Shown here in pieces: positions 26,448 through 39,700 of a stretch of 64,000 nucleotides of DNA (positions within the stretch are counted from its first letter, which is position 1; the number at the start of each line of letters is the position of its first letter). Both the position numbers and the translations under genes were made by a program. Below the pieces are notes generated by a model. It saw only the letters and a program-made list of their open reading frames with translations. It was not told where the DNA came from and made no database searches. This DNA comes from Asterias rubens. Its lineage: Eukaryota. Location of the stretch: positions 9,672,001 through 9,736,000 of the forward strand of contig NC_047082.1 of the NCBI RefSeq assembly GCF_902459465.1. Reading direction: 5' to 3'.

Positions 26448-29400
26448 TTTTATTTTTTTTTTTTTTTAACCAATGTATCCAGATTAAGTCTGAGAGGGGA
26501 AAATACTCAGCCTCCGAACTGTACATTTAAACATCAATACTGTTATTGTTATTATTACAAAGAGGGGACAAGACTTACTGTAACAGTTAGGGAAGTCATA
26601 GTAGCCGATCTTGCAGCGGTCGCAGCGGCGCCCGGCGATGTTATTCTGGCACTGACACTGACCACCGAGGGCGTCACAGTTGAAGCTCAGCGAGCCCTGA
26701 CGATTGCACTCACAGGGGAGGGCGCCGTTGTTGTAGTCAGCCGACAGCGAGAAAGTGGCTTGTCGACAGAATCCGGTACCATCGGGACTACAGTAGTGAA
26801 TACACAATGGATTGTTGCATAAGAAATAATAGGCATTTATGCTAAACAGCTGTATCAAAGCACCATCCAAGGTATACAAACAATCCCATTAAAGGAACAC
26901 GTTGCCTTGAAAAGCGTTTGTAAGCATTTGTGATAAAATGTATATGGGTAGAGAGGTGTTGTAAAAGTAGAATATAATGATCTACACAAACATGCCTCGA
27001 AATTGCACGGTTTTCCTTTTACCTCATCGACTAACACGGTTGGCCATTTATGGTTTACTCCCATAAATGGCCGACCGTGTTAATTCGCAGAGTAAAAGGA
27101 AAACCACGCAATTTCGAGGCAAATTTGTGTGGATCATTAAAAGATCTTTCTATCCATATGCATTATATAACAAACGGTTACAAACGCTTTTGATAGACCA
27201 ACTCGTTCGATCCAAGGCAACGTGTTCCTTTAAACATATTCAACTCCTTTGGAGTATGCAGCTCCAGATAATCATTCACATCAATGTGTGGAATCAATCT
27301 GTGTGGTTGTTTGGGTTGGGGGGGTAGGGGTTGGGGGGGGGGGGTCGGTGTTTATGTCATGACCCTCAGAGCCTGATATTAATTTTGAAAAAGCCTTTGG
27401 AGTGCCACAGCAGACCATGGAGTTGAGAAAGATTACAGAAATGTTACTGCTGCAATATCCGGGGCACTAATGTAAAGAGCTATGATACGGTTATTGTAAA
27501 ATGTCCCATATATACGAACTAGTTATTATTATTATTACCTGATGTAGAAGTTATTCCCGCCACATTTACGGATGAATTCTCCAGCTCTGTCTTGAGGCTC
27601 TTCCTCCAGGATGTCTGTGGTGTACACGTCTTCTGGAACTGCGATCACGTAGTCCTACAGTTGGAACAAAAGACACCGTTACTAACAGCAACCAATTTCA
27701 TAAAGCTGTTAAGCAGAAAACGCTGCCAAAGTTATTTTCTGCTTAGCAATTATGAGCAAATTGTACATGTGACAAGGTATTCTGTTTGTTGACCTTATTC
27801 TGGTTAGCATATATTTTGTTTCGTTACGCATAGTTTTGCGCTTGGAACCGGGAAGCTAGTCAGCTTTTAATCCATCAAATCACTCATAACAATTTTTTTG
27901 GAACAAAAAACCTCTTGAGAAAATCTTGTCTGGACAATAAACCAGTTTCTTGACTGCTCTTCATGAAAATTTTTATTATAATTGCAAGATTGACTCACAA
28001 TCCAGATTTCTCCTTCACTTCCATCAATCACAGATATGTAGTATCCCTGACCATTGCCAGTGAGGTCAAAGGTTGAACTGCCATCGGCTAAGTCCACAAC
28101 AGCTCTACATCCTGACACATGAGGGCAGTATCCGGCTTGGAAGGTTCCTACAAAAACAAAGAGATTAAAAGTGACTGGTTAAAGACACTGGAAACTTTTG
28201 GTAATTGTCAAAGACCAGTCTTCTCACTTGGTGTATCTCAACATATGCATAAAATAACAAACCTGTGAAAATTTGAACTCAATTGGTCGTTGAAGTTACG
28301 AGAGAATAATGGAAGAAAAAACACTCTTGTCGCACAAGCTGTGTGCTTTCAGATGCTTGAATTCGAGACCTCAAAATCTAATTAAAATAGTTCAGTGAGA
28401 GTTACTTCTTTCTCGAAAACTACGTTACTTCAGAGGAAGCCGTTTCTCACAATATTTTATACATGTACTATCAACATCTCTCCATTTACCAAGTAAGTTT
28501 TTATGCTGACAATTATTTTGAGTAATTTCCAATAGTGTCCACTGCCTTTAAGAGACGGACAGAAGTGTGCTTCATTCGGATGAACCTTGGAAGCAAGGGT
28601 TGTGGTGATGAAAGTTTTTGAGCTGTGGTGTATAAAACCTTGTTGTTTTGATCACTTGTTCTGATCATAATTTTGTTAGTTCGCTCCTGAAGACCATTTA
28701 AGGGACGGTAAAGGTTTGATAATCACTCTTAAAATTAATGACAATAAAAACCTTTGGTTATACGCCTACAGCCGCTTGCGATAGAATAAACAATTTTGAG
28801 AAGCATTTCACTTTGAAGTAATGTGGTTATAACAAAAGATAACAATTTTTATGCCCTCCAAATTGAATCTGAGAAGCGTTACTCTCAGATAATGATTTCC
28901 ATTTAGTGATTATTTTTTGTCTGTGGACATATTGGCTCCAGATTTTCAGCAATATGTCAATGAATTCACGAAGCCGAAGTTAACGAGGACATGACAGCAT
29001 GCTTACCCTCTCCTTCAAATTCACCAAGAACGTTGAAGTCCACACCCACAGTAGCACCGCCGGGTTGGAAGTAATGAACGACGTAAACATAGCGACCGGT
29101 TAGCGGCTCAACATCATCATAGTTAACAGAGGACTGAGGAAAAAACAAAAAACAAAATCCATAAACTCAATTAATCAAATCAGTTTATTTCCACAGTATC
29201 AAAATAAAATCAGAGACGTTATAAGTTGGAAGTTATGAGTTAAACAGTTGGTTGATAAGAAATAAGTCAATTTAAATCAAGAATAAGCATGGAAGTTCAT
29301 GAAACTGTGGAGGGACCCATAAATAACAGCTTGTAAGGATATGGGTTGCTGAGTAAGCGTGTGCGTTGAGCTGTCATCGGTTTTTGATGTCTTGTGGAAG

Positions 29401-32400
29401 ACACTCCAGGTAGGAACAATGTATGTGGGGTGTCGTGGCCGAGTGGATAAGAGCACCGAACTCAAGCTCTGATGCTTCTATTCAGCAGAGTGTGGGTTCG
29501 AATCCAGGTCGTGACACTTGTGTCCCTGAGCAAGACACTTCACTATAATTGCTTCTCTCCACCCAGGGGTAAATGGGTACCTGTGAGGGCAGAGATGGTT
29601 CTTGTGATTGGTTCAGCCATGTAGAGCATATGATTGTCGCACAGGCTGTATACTCCCCAGGGAGCTGAGATGGTTCAAGGAATGACTTACATGTAGGGCC
29701 CAGTGACCAGGGGTAATAATGTCGGGGAAGCGCTTTGAGACACCCCGTGAAAAGGCGCTATATAAAAACCGTGTATTATTATTATTAGTATCTCCTGAAA
29801 GGACAGGTGTAATCAGGTGTAGGCACAGCGCAAACCTGGTGGTCTAGTGGTAAGACATCGGGGCCCAATTTCATGGCTCTGCTTACCGCCGAATTCTGCG
29901 CTTACGATCACAATTCCCCGCTCACGTGCAAGCCCTGAATTTCTGCGCTAGCCTTGAAAGCGTGGAATGCCTAGTAGCGCAGAGTACGCATGCGCAGAAG
30001 CCAAAATTCGCCGCTAACCTGTGAAATACGCTTGCCGTAAGCACAGAATTCCTTGCTTCCGTAAGCGCCGATTCTGTGCTTACGGTAAGCAGAGCCATGA
30101 AATTGGGCCCTGCTCTAGCAATGCAAAGGTTGTGGGTTCGAATCCCACCCAGAGTGGATTTTTTTCTCTCACAGAACTCAGGGAAAGTACTTAGTAAGTA
30201 AAATGCTGAATACACATCAGTGTAAAGGTTAAAACAAATTACATTCTTTATCTCCAATGCAAAACTAGCATCTATCAAATTTTCATCACTGCCATTAAAA
30301 TGTTTGTGATCTGAGCAATACGCTCCATATTCCTCGAACTCGCCTGGCCAGTTACGGGGACAGGGCTTACTCCAACATAGCACCAAGACTCTGGAATACC
30401 TCAGACAAATACACGACATCACTCTCTTCCAGCAGAAACTCAAAAACACACTTGTTCTTGCTTGCTTTCCAACATCTTGACAAAACTTGACCGACGCCTT
30501 TGAATGTTTCTCTTTTTCAGTAAAGTGCGCCTTATAAATGCTGTAGTTTATTTATTATTATCTTACCGATCCGCTGCCATCTGTGGTGATGTAATGCAAG
30601 GTAATGTCTTGGTCCAGGATATTAGGAGGTAGAGGAGCAGAGTCGTCGATATCGGACTTGTCAATCCAGACAGCATGAGGGGGAATCGGATAAGTAGATC
30701 CGTGACATCTGTTGATGGGAAAATGGCAACTCAACGTTATCAAAGAGTATTTAAGTTTCAGACCTTTTTAATTTGGCGTTTCTCTCAACTGATACTGTAA
30801 GGGAATATTGTATTCTTGGTGCTTTCCGAGTCTGAACTGTTTTGACACTGTCACCACTATCATATTGCAGGCTATTACAATCAGCTTTTTTTTCCAAGGG
30901 CCGTTGCCACCTACTCCTGGGGCTGAAACAGGGTTATTTCCTTTACAGCCAGTATACAGATGTAGGCTTGGGTTTATGCATTCATCACATGATGCCATAT
31001 TGCAGGCTGGCATAGTTTATCTTGTCTTCAAAACCACAGTGGATGATATTGATTGGTCAGACAGTAGAGGGTCAAAGACAGAGTGTAACTTAAAGTCACT
31101 TACTGTCCATCGGCTGTGCGGACACACTGAAGGGCTGGAGTAACAATGTCATATGACCACTTGCTCACAGGAATAGCAATAACTTGACTCTGAAAAAAAC
31201 AGGAATAAATTTGAAATTATATCCCAACTCTTTTACGCTACCACTACAAATTAGTTCAAGATCATCAGAGACTGCAAAAATCACCCACGAATACTTCACT
31301 ACAAACAAAAGTGAATTTCAACCAGACAGGGCCCAACTTCAGAAAATGATGCATAACAATTATTTTCTAAGCTGAAATGATCAGGTTACCTGCCACAAAT
31401 TGTACATGTGACATGGTTGTTTGGCTGGTAACCTTACTCTGGTAAGCAAACTTTTGTTGTGCTTAGCTACTTGTGCTTAAGCAGCTCTATGATACATTGG
31501 ATCAGGCATACCTGTATAGACGATGTGACCTTTGTTTACATTTAAACCGCCCTATGTTGACAAAACACTGTATACGTCATGTTTCGCCGGGCAAAAAGAT
31601 GCGTAGTCATGGTAAGATTGCATACACTTTCTAGCTGGCTGCCAAAACACAAAGGTTTTGCCCGGCGGTATGCGCGCGAATCATGTTGTGGTTTTCGAGT
31701 GACGTCAGAGGTCACATCGTCTTTAACCATAGCCCAAAAGTGTGGGTGTTGATTTACTGAATGGTGTTGGATCTGAATAAACCTATTTTAAAAAAAACAC
31801 AATGATGTTTTGTTGTTGTTTGTTGGTTTTTTCTTTCTTTCTTGTCGATGTAAACAGACTTACGATTCCAATGAGGTCAGGGCTGCCATCTAGGGTGATC
31901 CTGACGTATGGATTCTGGCTGTCAATGCTAAACACCATCGGCATACCATCGGCATCGACAATCACTGCACGACACCTGCAAGATGAAAATAGTGTAAATC
32001 ATTACTTCAAACTCACTCTAGAAAACATTTGTAATTACTGGGTGGAAAATTATTAGTTTCAATCGAAAGTATGGCTGATTGTTAGGTTCCTACCAAAACC
32101 AAATAGGATTTGAAACTTTGCATGGTAGAAGTTTAACTAAGAGAGGTTTGCGGAAACACCTTGTGAAAATCTCTAGTGTTGGTTCTGTAAAGAACCGGTG
32201 GTTAAAGACTCAACATTTCAATTAGTATGCTCCGGTTGTATTTAGGATAATGCATTCAAAGAAATATTTCAATCTTTGAAAAAATACTTTCATAGCTGAT
32301 AAAATAGCATTTTAGGAAATAATTTCAAAGTTGGTAAAATAGAATTTGAAGAAATGCCTTTAAAATTGAGAAAATGTTTTTTTTTACATTTGAGAAAATC

Positions 32401-35400
32401 AAATACTTGAAGTTCAAAAAAACCTTCCCAAAAAAGTCAATCAATAACAATTTTAAATTTTAATTTTGATTGCCACTATAGCAATACAAATTGTCTACGA
32501 TCATGCACAAAATCCCTGACATAACCAGGCATGCAACTGCCCGTTGAAAAAAAAGAGGAAAATTTTCAAAGGCACAAGGCAAGTGCGGAGCGAGGCAGCC
32601 GAAACGCCATGGGACATGATACCCACAATGGTACCCTAGAAAATGTTGAGGTTTCTAGCATGTACTAGGCTTATTTTACATGATTGTAGTTGTACACTGT
32701 TAATGCCAGGCATATATTAAGGTAAAACAAAAACGCGGAATTCCGCGGAAACGCGGAAGAGTTGCATGCCTGCATAACAAGGATCACCTCTCAGTTGATG
32801 ACATTTTCACTCACGAGGAAAGAAATTATTTTACTGGATATGAAATAATAACTTACAGGAAAGAGCAATCAAAGAAGTTGATAAAACCACGCTGAGTCCC
32901 TCCTGAAACGGATACCTCAAAACTACCGGTCTGGACTCCCGGCCCACCACCAAAGTATTCAGTGACAAAGACATATTCACCAGCCTCTGTGATTGGTACG
33001 TTCAAGAGAAGGTTCTTCTGTAAGTGGGTAGAAGGAAAAAGAGTCCAATAATCAATCGAGTAGGATTTGAAACTTTGTATGGTGGCAGTATGAGAGGTTT
33101 GCGGTAACACCGTGTGAATATCTCTTTTGAGTGGTGTTGGTTTAACGACTCAATGTTTCGATCAGTATGCTTTGATCGCTTTAGGAGAATGCTGGATGCT
33201 GCTTCACCGGTTCTTTTCAGAACCACCACTATTCAAAAAGAGATATTCACATTGTGTTACCGCAAACCTCTCTTCAAATAACTCAAGTTCTTCGACGAGA
33301 CAAAATTCTCAACGGGAATTGTCTTGTAGTGTAAAACGCTCCAAACTCCACTTCTGTCAGTTGTCTGACTTTGTAGAATATGGTACTGTAGGCTCAAATA
33401 TCAGATGTCTATCAACGGAACTGGCATACCAATCCCATCTGAGTTTTCTTTCACAAAAACTATGTCACTTCACCTCACAATGTTTTATAGTATCAACAGC
33501 TCTCCATTGCTCGTTACCAAGTAAGTTTTTATGCGTTCAATTATTTTGAGTAATTACCAATAGTGTCCAGTGTCTTTGAGGAGCTAGAGTTTTTATTACT
33601 TACATGTTGTGAATCTATGACAGCGAGGTCACTGACTCCGATTTCAATCAGCATGTCCTGATCCAAGAATTGTGTGGCGGGAACATTGGTTCCGTCAATC
33701 TCGTAGTAGCCATAGACACCACGGACGACGTAGAAATAATCCTCAATGGGGTACGTGTAGTAATTACATCTGTAAGAAGTCAAGGAAAACCAATTCTCAA
33801 AAGGGAAAATCTGTATGAGACAGTCAGATGCTAACGATCTTGTATGATTAGGTTTTTAAGTAAGTAGAGTCTGTCCCGAGCCAATATGGCTCATCAGGCC
33901 GGTGTTTATCTCCGGTTTCCTTGGCATTAAACGACTGAGAATATTTCTATTCCCCCTGGACAGGATGCCAGTTCATCACAGGTTATTCTCCCTAACCCCG
34001 GAACACTGCTTAGCCATTTTCTGCTAAGCAGATACGAGCAGGATAGCAGTCACAAACTATACACATGACATGGTAGTTTGGCTGGCAACCTTATTCTTGT
34101 AAGCATAATTATATTGTGCTTAGATACTTTTTGTGCATTTATAAGCAGCTCTATCAAAGCAGAAGTACTTGTACATAAGGGTTAAGAGACGAGTCATGTG
34201 CATTGCTCACCTTTCTTGGGGTACTCCAAAAATGCAAGGTTCGGACACTTTCTGTTGCAGGATCGTGGCCTCGTAGTAGGCCGAGGGGATCAGAACAAGG
34301 TAATCCTATCAACAAAAAGGAGGAGGCGAGGGGTGAATATTGACATTTAATTAATACTGCAACTGCGTTTGGAAGATTGGAAATATTCAAAATCTTAATT
34401 AATGTTTTGAAGTTAGTTAATCAGTAAGGTAAGAAAAGTTTTTAAACTTTCAAATGCAGAGAATAAATTGAAAATAGAATTAGTGATCAACAAATCTCAA
34501 TGATAGAAATGATGAGCTCCTACCAGTAGGACTCCCTCTGGAGCCTCGATGGTGACAGTCCAGACGCCAGGGTTGAGTACGAAAGGGCTGATGACTCCAC
34601 CCCCTTCAACAGTGACGAGCTGAGGACTTCTACCGGGTGTGAACAAGATGCTGCTGGATTGCTCCGAACCTAGAGACCACATTGACAACAAACAACTGAG
34701 GATTGTAGGCATTGCAAGGTGGACCGTCATAAGTGTGACCCCGAACTAAACCCTGGGCCCAATTTCACAATTTCATATAGCATGACATTTCTTCCATGAT
34801 AAAAACAGGACTACCAACCAAATTTCCACGTGATTTTCAGGAGAAACAAACAACAGCTGAATACCAGTAACAAGCAATATGCAACAAGTGAAAATTACTA
34901 TGGTAGTTCTGTTTTTTATCAAGGAAGAAATTTCATGCTAAGCAAATTTGTGTGCTTAGCAGCTCTAAACAAACACGAGACTACAATCAACATGGCTGAA
35001 AATACTGAAAAGACATTTACTCCGGGGTTTTATTGCATATCCCTGACTCCAGAGCAGTGGTGGCTATGCCCATGTGCTGGGGATACATCAGGGGTAAAGC
35101 AATCCAAGTGTGAAAGGGCCAGAAGTTATTCCCCAGGGTTGCCCCCAGGGTTGCCCCCAGGGAATGGATTAGTGTGAAAAAGGCTCATGCTCAGTGTGAC
35201 TCAACTTACCGAGGGAAGGATCTGATGGTGTAACGGTAATGGTCCCTCTGACGCTAGACTCTCCACGGTAGACGTAGTGTAAGACCAGATGGTACAAACT
35301 GGGTGATGTTACCTCAATTTGTATGATCACAACGGGCTGGGGGGGGGAGAGGGTATTCTTGAAATAATGAAATGGTTCCATAAAATAAATATTTCACAAC

Positions 35401-36674
35401 TATTGCTCTAACACGAGGCCATGACCCAGTCAAACAGCTTGAGCTACAGCTATTGGCTTTTGTAGGCAGCGATAATGTTGACAAACTTGGTCTTTTCAGC
35501 CACTGGTTGTTGCCACTGCTAAAGCTGTCACTTCAAGCACATGACTCAATCAAGCAACTTGAATTACAGTTCAGGTCAGTGGCTGCATTAACAATGTGCT
35601 TAGCGCGAATTCTGCTCTTACAATCACCATTCTCCACTTACTGTGTAAGCGCTAAATTTATGCGCTAGCCGTAAAGCGAAGAATACCTAGTTATGTGGAG
35701 AATAAGAGCAAACAAGCACAATTCCCTGATAACCCGTGAAATACGCTTAAGTAAGCGTGGATTTCCCTGCTTCCGTAAGCGCAGATTCTTTGCTTTCGGT
35801 AAGCAGAGCCATGAAAATCGGCCCTGGTCGTTTCACCCACTGGCCGTTGCCACTACCAAAGGCGTCAATTTAGAAAGGGTATCAAGTAGAATTTAACACT
35901 ATAGTCTGCTTACCTGAATGGCAGACATGACTGCATATGCAAGGTAGGAGAAGCCAGGGAACTCGTTCTCATCGAAGCCAACTCTGAGACGACCATTAGC
36001 GGGTGTGGTACCTCCCTCAATCTCAAAGCGATGCTGGAAAAGGTCTGGAAAGTAATGGGTCGGAAGGGGTCTACAAAGAAAGAACAAAATGTAAAAATAA
36101 TTTACATTTCACTTTAACCATAGAATAGAAGTTGTAGATTTCCGAGTTTTATCTGATTTGAGGCACTTTGTGTGGTGCTGCCATTTGAGCTGTTAGGCAA
36201 ATGTCGGCTTTCCAATTGGATAATCTCGTTAAATTTACGATACAGGTATGTCACATGGTATTAAAACTCTATGTCCACAGCTGACAGAAAGGGTGTGCAA
36301 AGTAGACACAGCAAAATGAAATGATTAAGTGCTTGGTTGTCGTGGCCGAGTGGATAAGAGCACCGAACTCAAGCTCTGATGCTTCTATTCAGCAGAGTGT
36401 GGGTTCGAATCCCAGTCGTGACACTCGTGTCCCTGAGCACGACACTTCACTATAATTGCTTCTCTCCACCCAGGGGTAAATGGGTACCTGTGAGGGCAGA
36501 GATGGTTCTTGTGAATGGTTTAGCCGAGTCGCGCAAATATTGCGCACAGGTTGTATACTCCCCAGGGAGCTGAGATGGTTCAAGGAATGACTTAAGGCCC
36601 AGTGACCAGGGGTAATAATGTCGGAAGCCCTTTGAGACACCCCTCGGCGTGAAAAGCGCTATATAAAAATGGTC

Positions 36675-36744
<70 letters not shown>

Positions 36745-39700
36745 GGTTTGAAATGAACTGTTAAGCACTGAACATAAGTTCATTTTGATAGAGCACTGAC
36801 AACTGCACAGCATGTCAGTGACTATCCTCTGTCACATTACAAAGTTGTTGTTTTTTTAGGAAGTTTATTTCATACTTACTCGTTACACATGATGCCAGTA
36901 ACTCGTGGTTTACAGACACACTGACCGGTCGTCTTATCACAAGCACCGTGGCTACTTCCACCAACATCACAACCACAATCTGAGAAAAAAAGAAAAATAA
37001 CTATCTTACCAAAAAGTCCTTTAGGAATGGATCAAACACACTATGGTTGCTTTGAGCGACATACAAATTTCTTTTCTTTTTCGTGAGGGTATTCCATCAC
37101 AAAGCCATTGAAGCTTAAAGGAACATTACAGAATTGGTTTTTGCTTATTAAACAGTTGCTGGCAGTGTAATCACTTTATGTAATCCATCATATACATAAA
37201 CTGACAAACCTGTAAAAGTTTGAGATCGATCGGCCATCTGGGTCACGAGAAAATAGTGCCAAAACAAAAATGAATTACATGTAAACGCTCACTGAGCGAT
37301 AAACTCCAAACGGGAAATTAGTTTTATTTACTTCTCATCAAATATGATATTTCAGACAAAAATATTTCAAGGGATGTTTTTTACCATCATCATCATTAGA
37401 CCATGTAAGTTTTAGGTAAATCTGTGATCTTCACGATTTTTGTTCTTACCAATTCTGTAACGTTCCTTTAACAGTCCAAACTGCTCAAAACGCTTCTCGA
37501 GAAGTTGTCTTGACTTTGTAGGATATGGCGAGCTGCAGGCCTTAACAACAAATGGTTTTTCCCCAAAAATTTGAGCCCTGTAAGGTTTCATCCCTGCAAC
37601 CCATATTCTGTGGAATCATATTTTCTACTACGAAAACAACTCACCTCGACAACCAAGTGGGTCTTCAGCCATCAAACCAAAAGTACCGTCTCTACACTCG
37701 GCACAAGTACGTCCAGCAACTAGCGCCTTACAAAGACACTGACCAATTAACTGTAAACAAACAAAAAAGTGTAAACAAATCAGTACACTTTCACAGGCAA
37801 TTTTGGATGTGCCTGCTGGGTTGCACTCACACCTCTGGCACCCATCTCGGTTCCTACCCGAAGTTTACACTACACACACATAATACTTACCATGTCACAT
37901 TCACCCATCCCGTTGATTGTACCCGCTGGGTTGCAGTCACACCTCTCGCACCCATCTGGGTTGCTGATTTGTAGGTTCCAGAAGGTTGGCTCACAGGTGT
38001 CGCAGGTGCGTCCTTGGACATTGTCCTTACACAGGCAGGCTCCCTAGAGAGGAAATGCCATACGAATTAGTCAGTCAATAAAATGACAATACGCATTAAA
38101 CTTAGGGCCTTGTCACACAAGGCACCTTGAAGGCAACCAACAGCAGCGCGTCATCAGGAGTACTTTGGTAGCACATGCATACATTCAAATGTGACTGAAG
38201 AGTGCCTGGAACTGGTTGCCTGTAAATTGCCTCATGTGATATGACCCCTAGACACAACAGCATGGTATCAACTCAATAGTGAATCAGAAATAACTGCTTT
38301 TTCTTATCACCATGAGGACATCAAAACATTTGAATTCCAAAAAAAAAATCTACAAAATTTTATTCCAGTATCACGCACAATATGTACATCCACAAACGAC
38401 CACAGCATTAGACTCTACTTCTCCTCAATCGAAACTCTCACATCATTGGTCATGCCTTGAGCTGACAATGCTTTTACAACTACTAAAACCAGGCATTGAA
38501 CTTCGCTCTTGAAGTGGGCACAGCAATTTATCTCTGGCATGTCTGGTAAGGGGCACTTCTATGGAATTTTGCAAGAGGCACCACAGGTAAAGCAGAGGGC
38601 ACCGGGGCAACTGCTGTGGGTGTCAAACAAACAAAATATAGCAGCAACTACGTTTCAGTTACAAATCAGGCATGTCTGGGCTAAGCTTCGTCTGAGCAAT
38701 AATGGGAGACTTTCCACTGCAAGGTGGCAGCAGACTTACCGGGTAAATTTCCATTGTTTACGTAGTTCTGAACATGCGCATAATTTTGAGAACAATGGAT
38801 TTACCCGGTAAGTCTGCTGCCCTCTATCGTCCCAGAAAGTCTCCCATTATACAAAAACACATGCACAAGTTGGAGCACAAAACTGGAACACAGAGCATTT
38901 ACAAACGAAAGGGTTTCTTTTATGACTGCATTTGAACGATGGGGCTTTGAGCAATGATAATAAACATTATATTTATTCCATCAATCAATCACAGGCAACT
39001 GATGAAAACTTGCTGAAAAGGTTACACTGAGCAATTCCGTCATTTTCTGCTCAACTGCAGGTGAGATTTTAAGAATTGAACAGACAAATAAAACTAGCCA
39101 CTGTACGACGGTTATCAACTATGGTTTTGAATGGAAGATCAAATATGCCAGCCTGCAATTTGATACCATCTCTAGATTACACCCGTAAAGTTTGTACATC
39201 GATTTGCATCCCAGTCTTCAGAATTTTCATGTGAAGACCTTTTCTTTTCCATAAAGTACCAAGAATTGGCACACAGTTGCGTCACTATGCACAACCTTTT
39301 TGTTAAAAATAGTTTCAAACCAGTGGTCAAATCACTGGAAGGTATTACAAAGAGTAGAAGGGTTAAGAAATATTTAAACCTTCAAAGGTTTATTGTGGGA
39401 AAAAAAACACATTGCCTCAATGAGAACTACTCCTATTGGTTCATAGCCACCAATATTGTTTCTGAAATAGAAACTTTGATTGGCTGGTATTTTCCCGCTT
39501 CTTTCTGGATCCTTCCCTTAATCCCTTTCCCCTCTCTTTTTCTATAAATGGATATGTATTTGTTTGTACTTGTTTTATGCCTCTGAAGAAGGTCTGGTTT
39601 GGATCGAAAGCTGAGACCGCCTACCCTATTCATTAGACTAGCATAATATTCATATAATTTAATAACAGGTGCTCGGTAAGATAAGACAGGTGCCTGGTTA

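Noticed and set aside
29922-30449. 175-aa ORF
   Set aside because: Runs through an L2 fragment, a SINE and a MITE; a chance composite frame.
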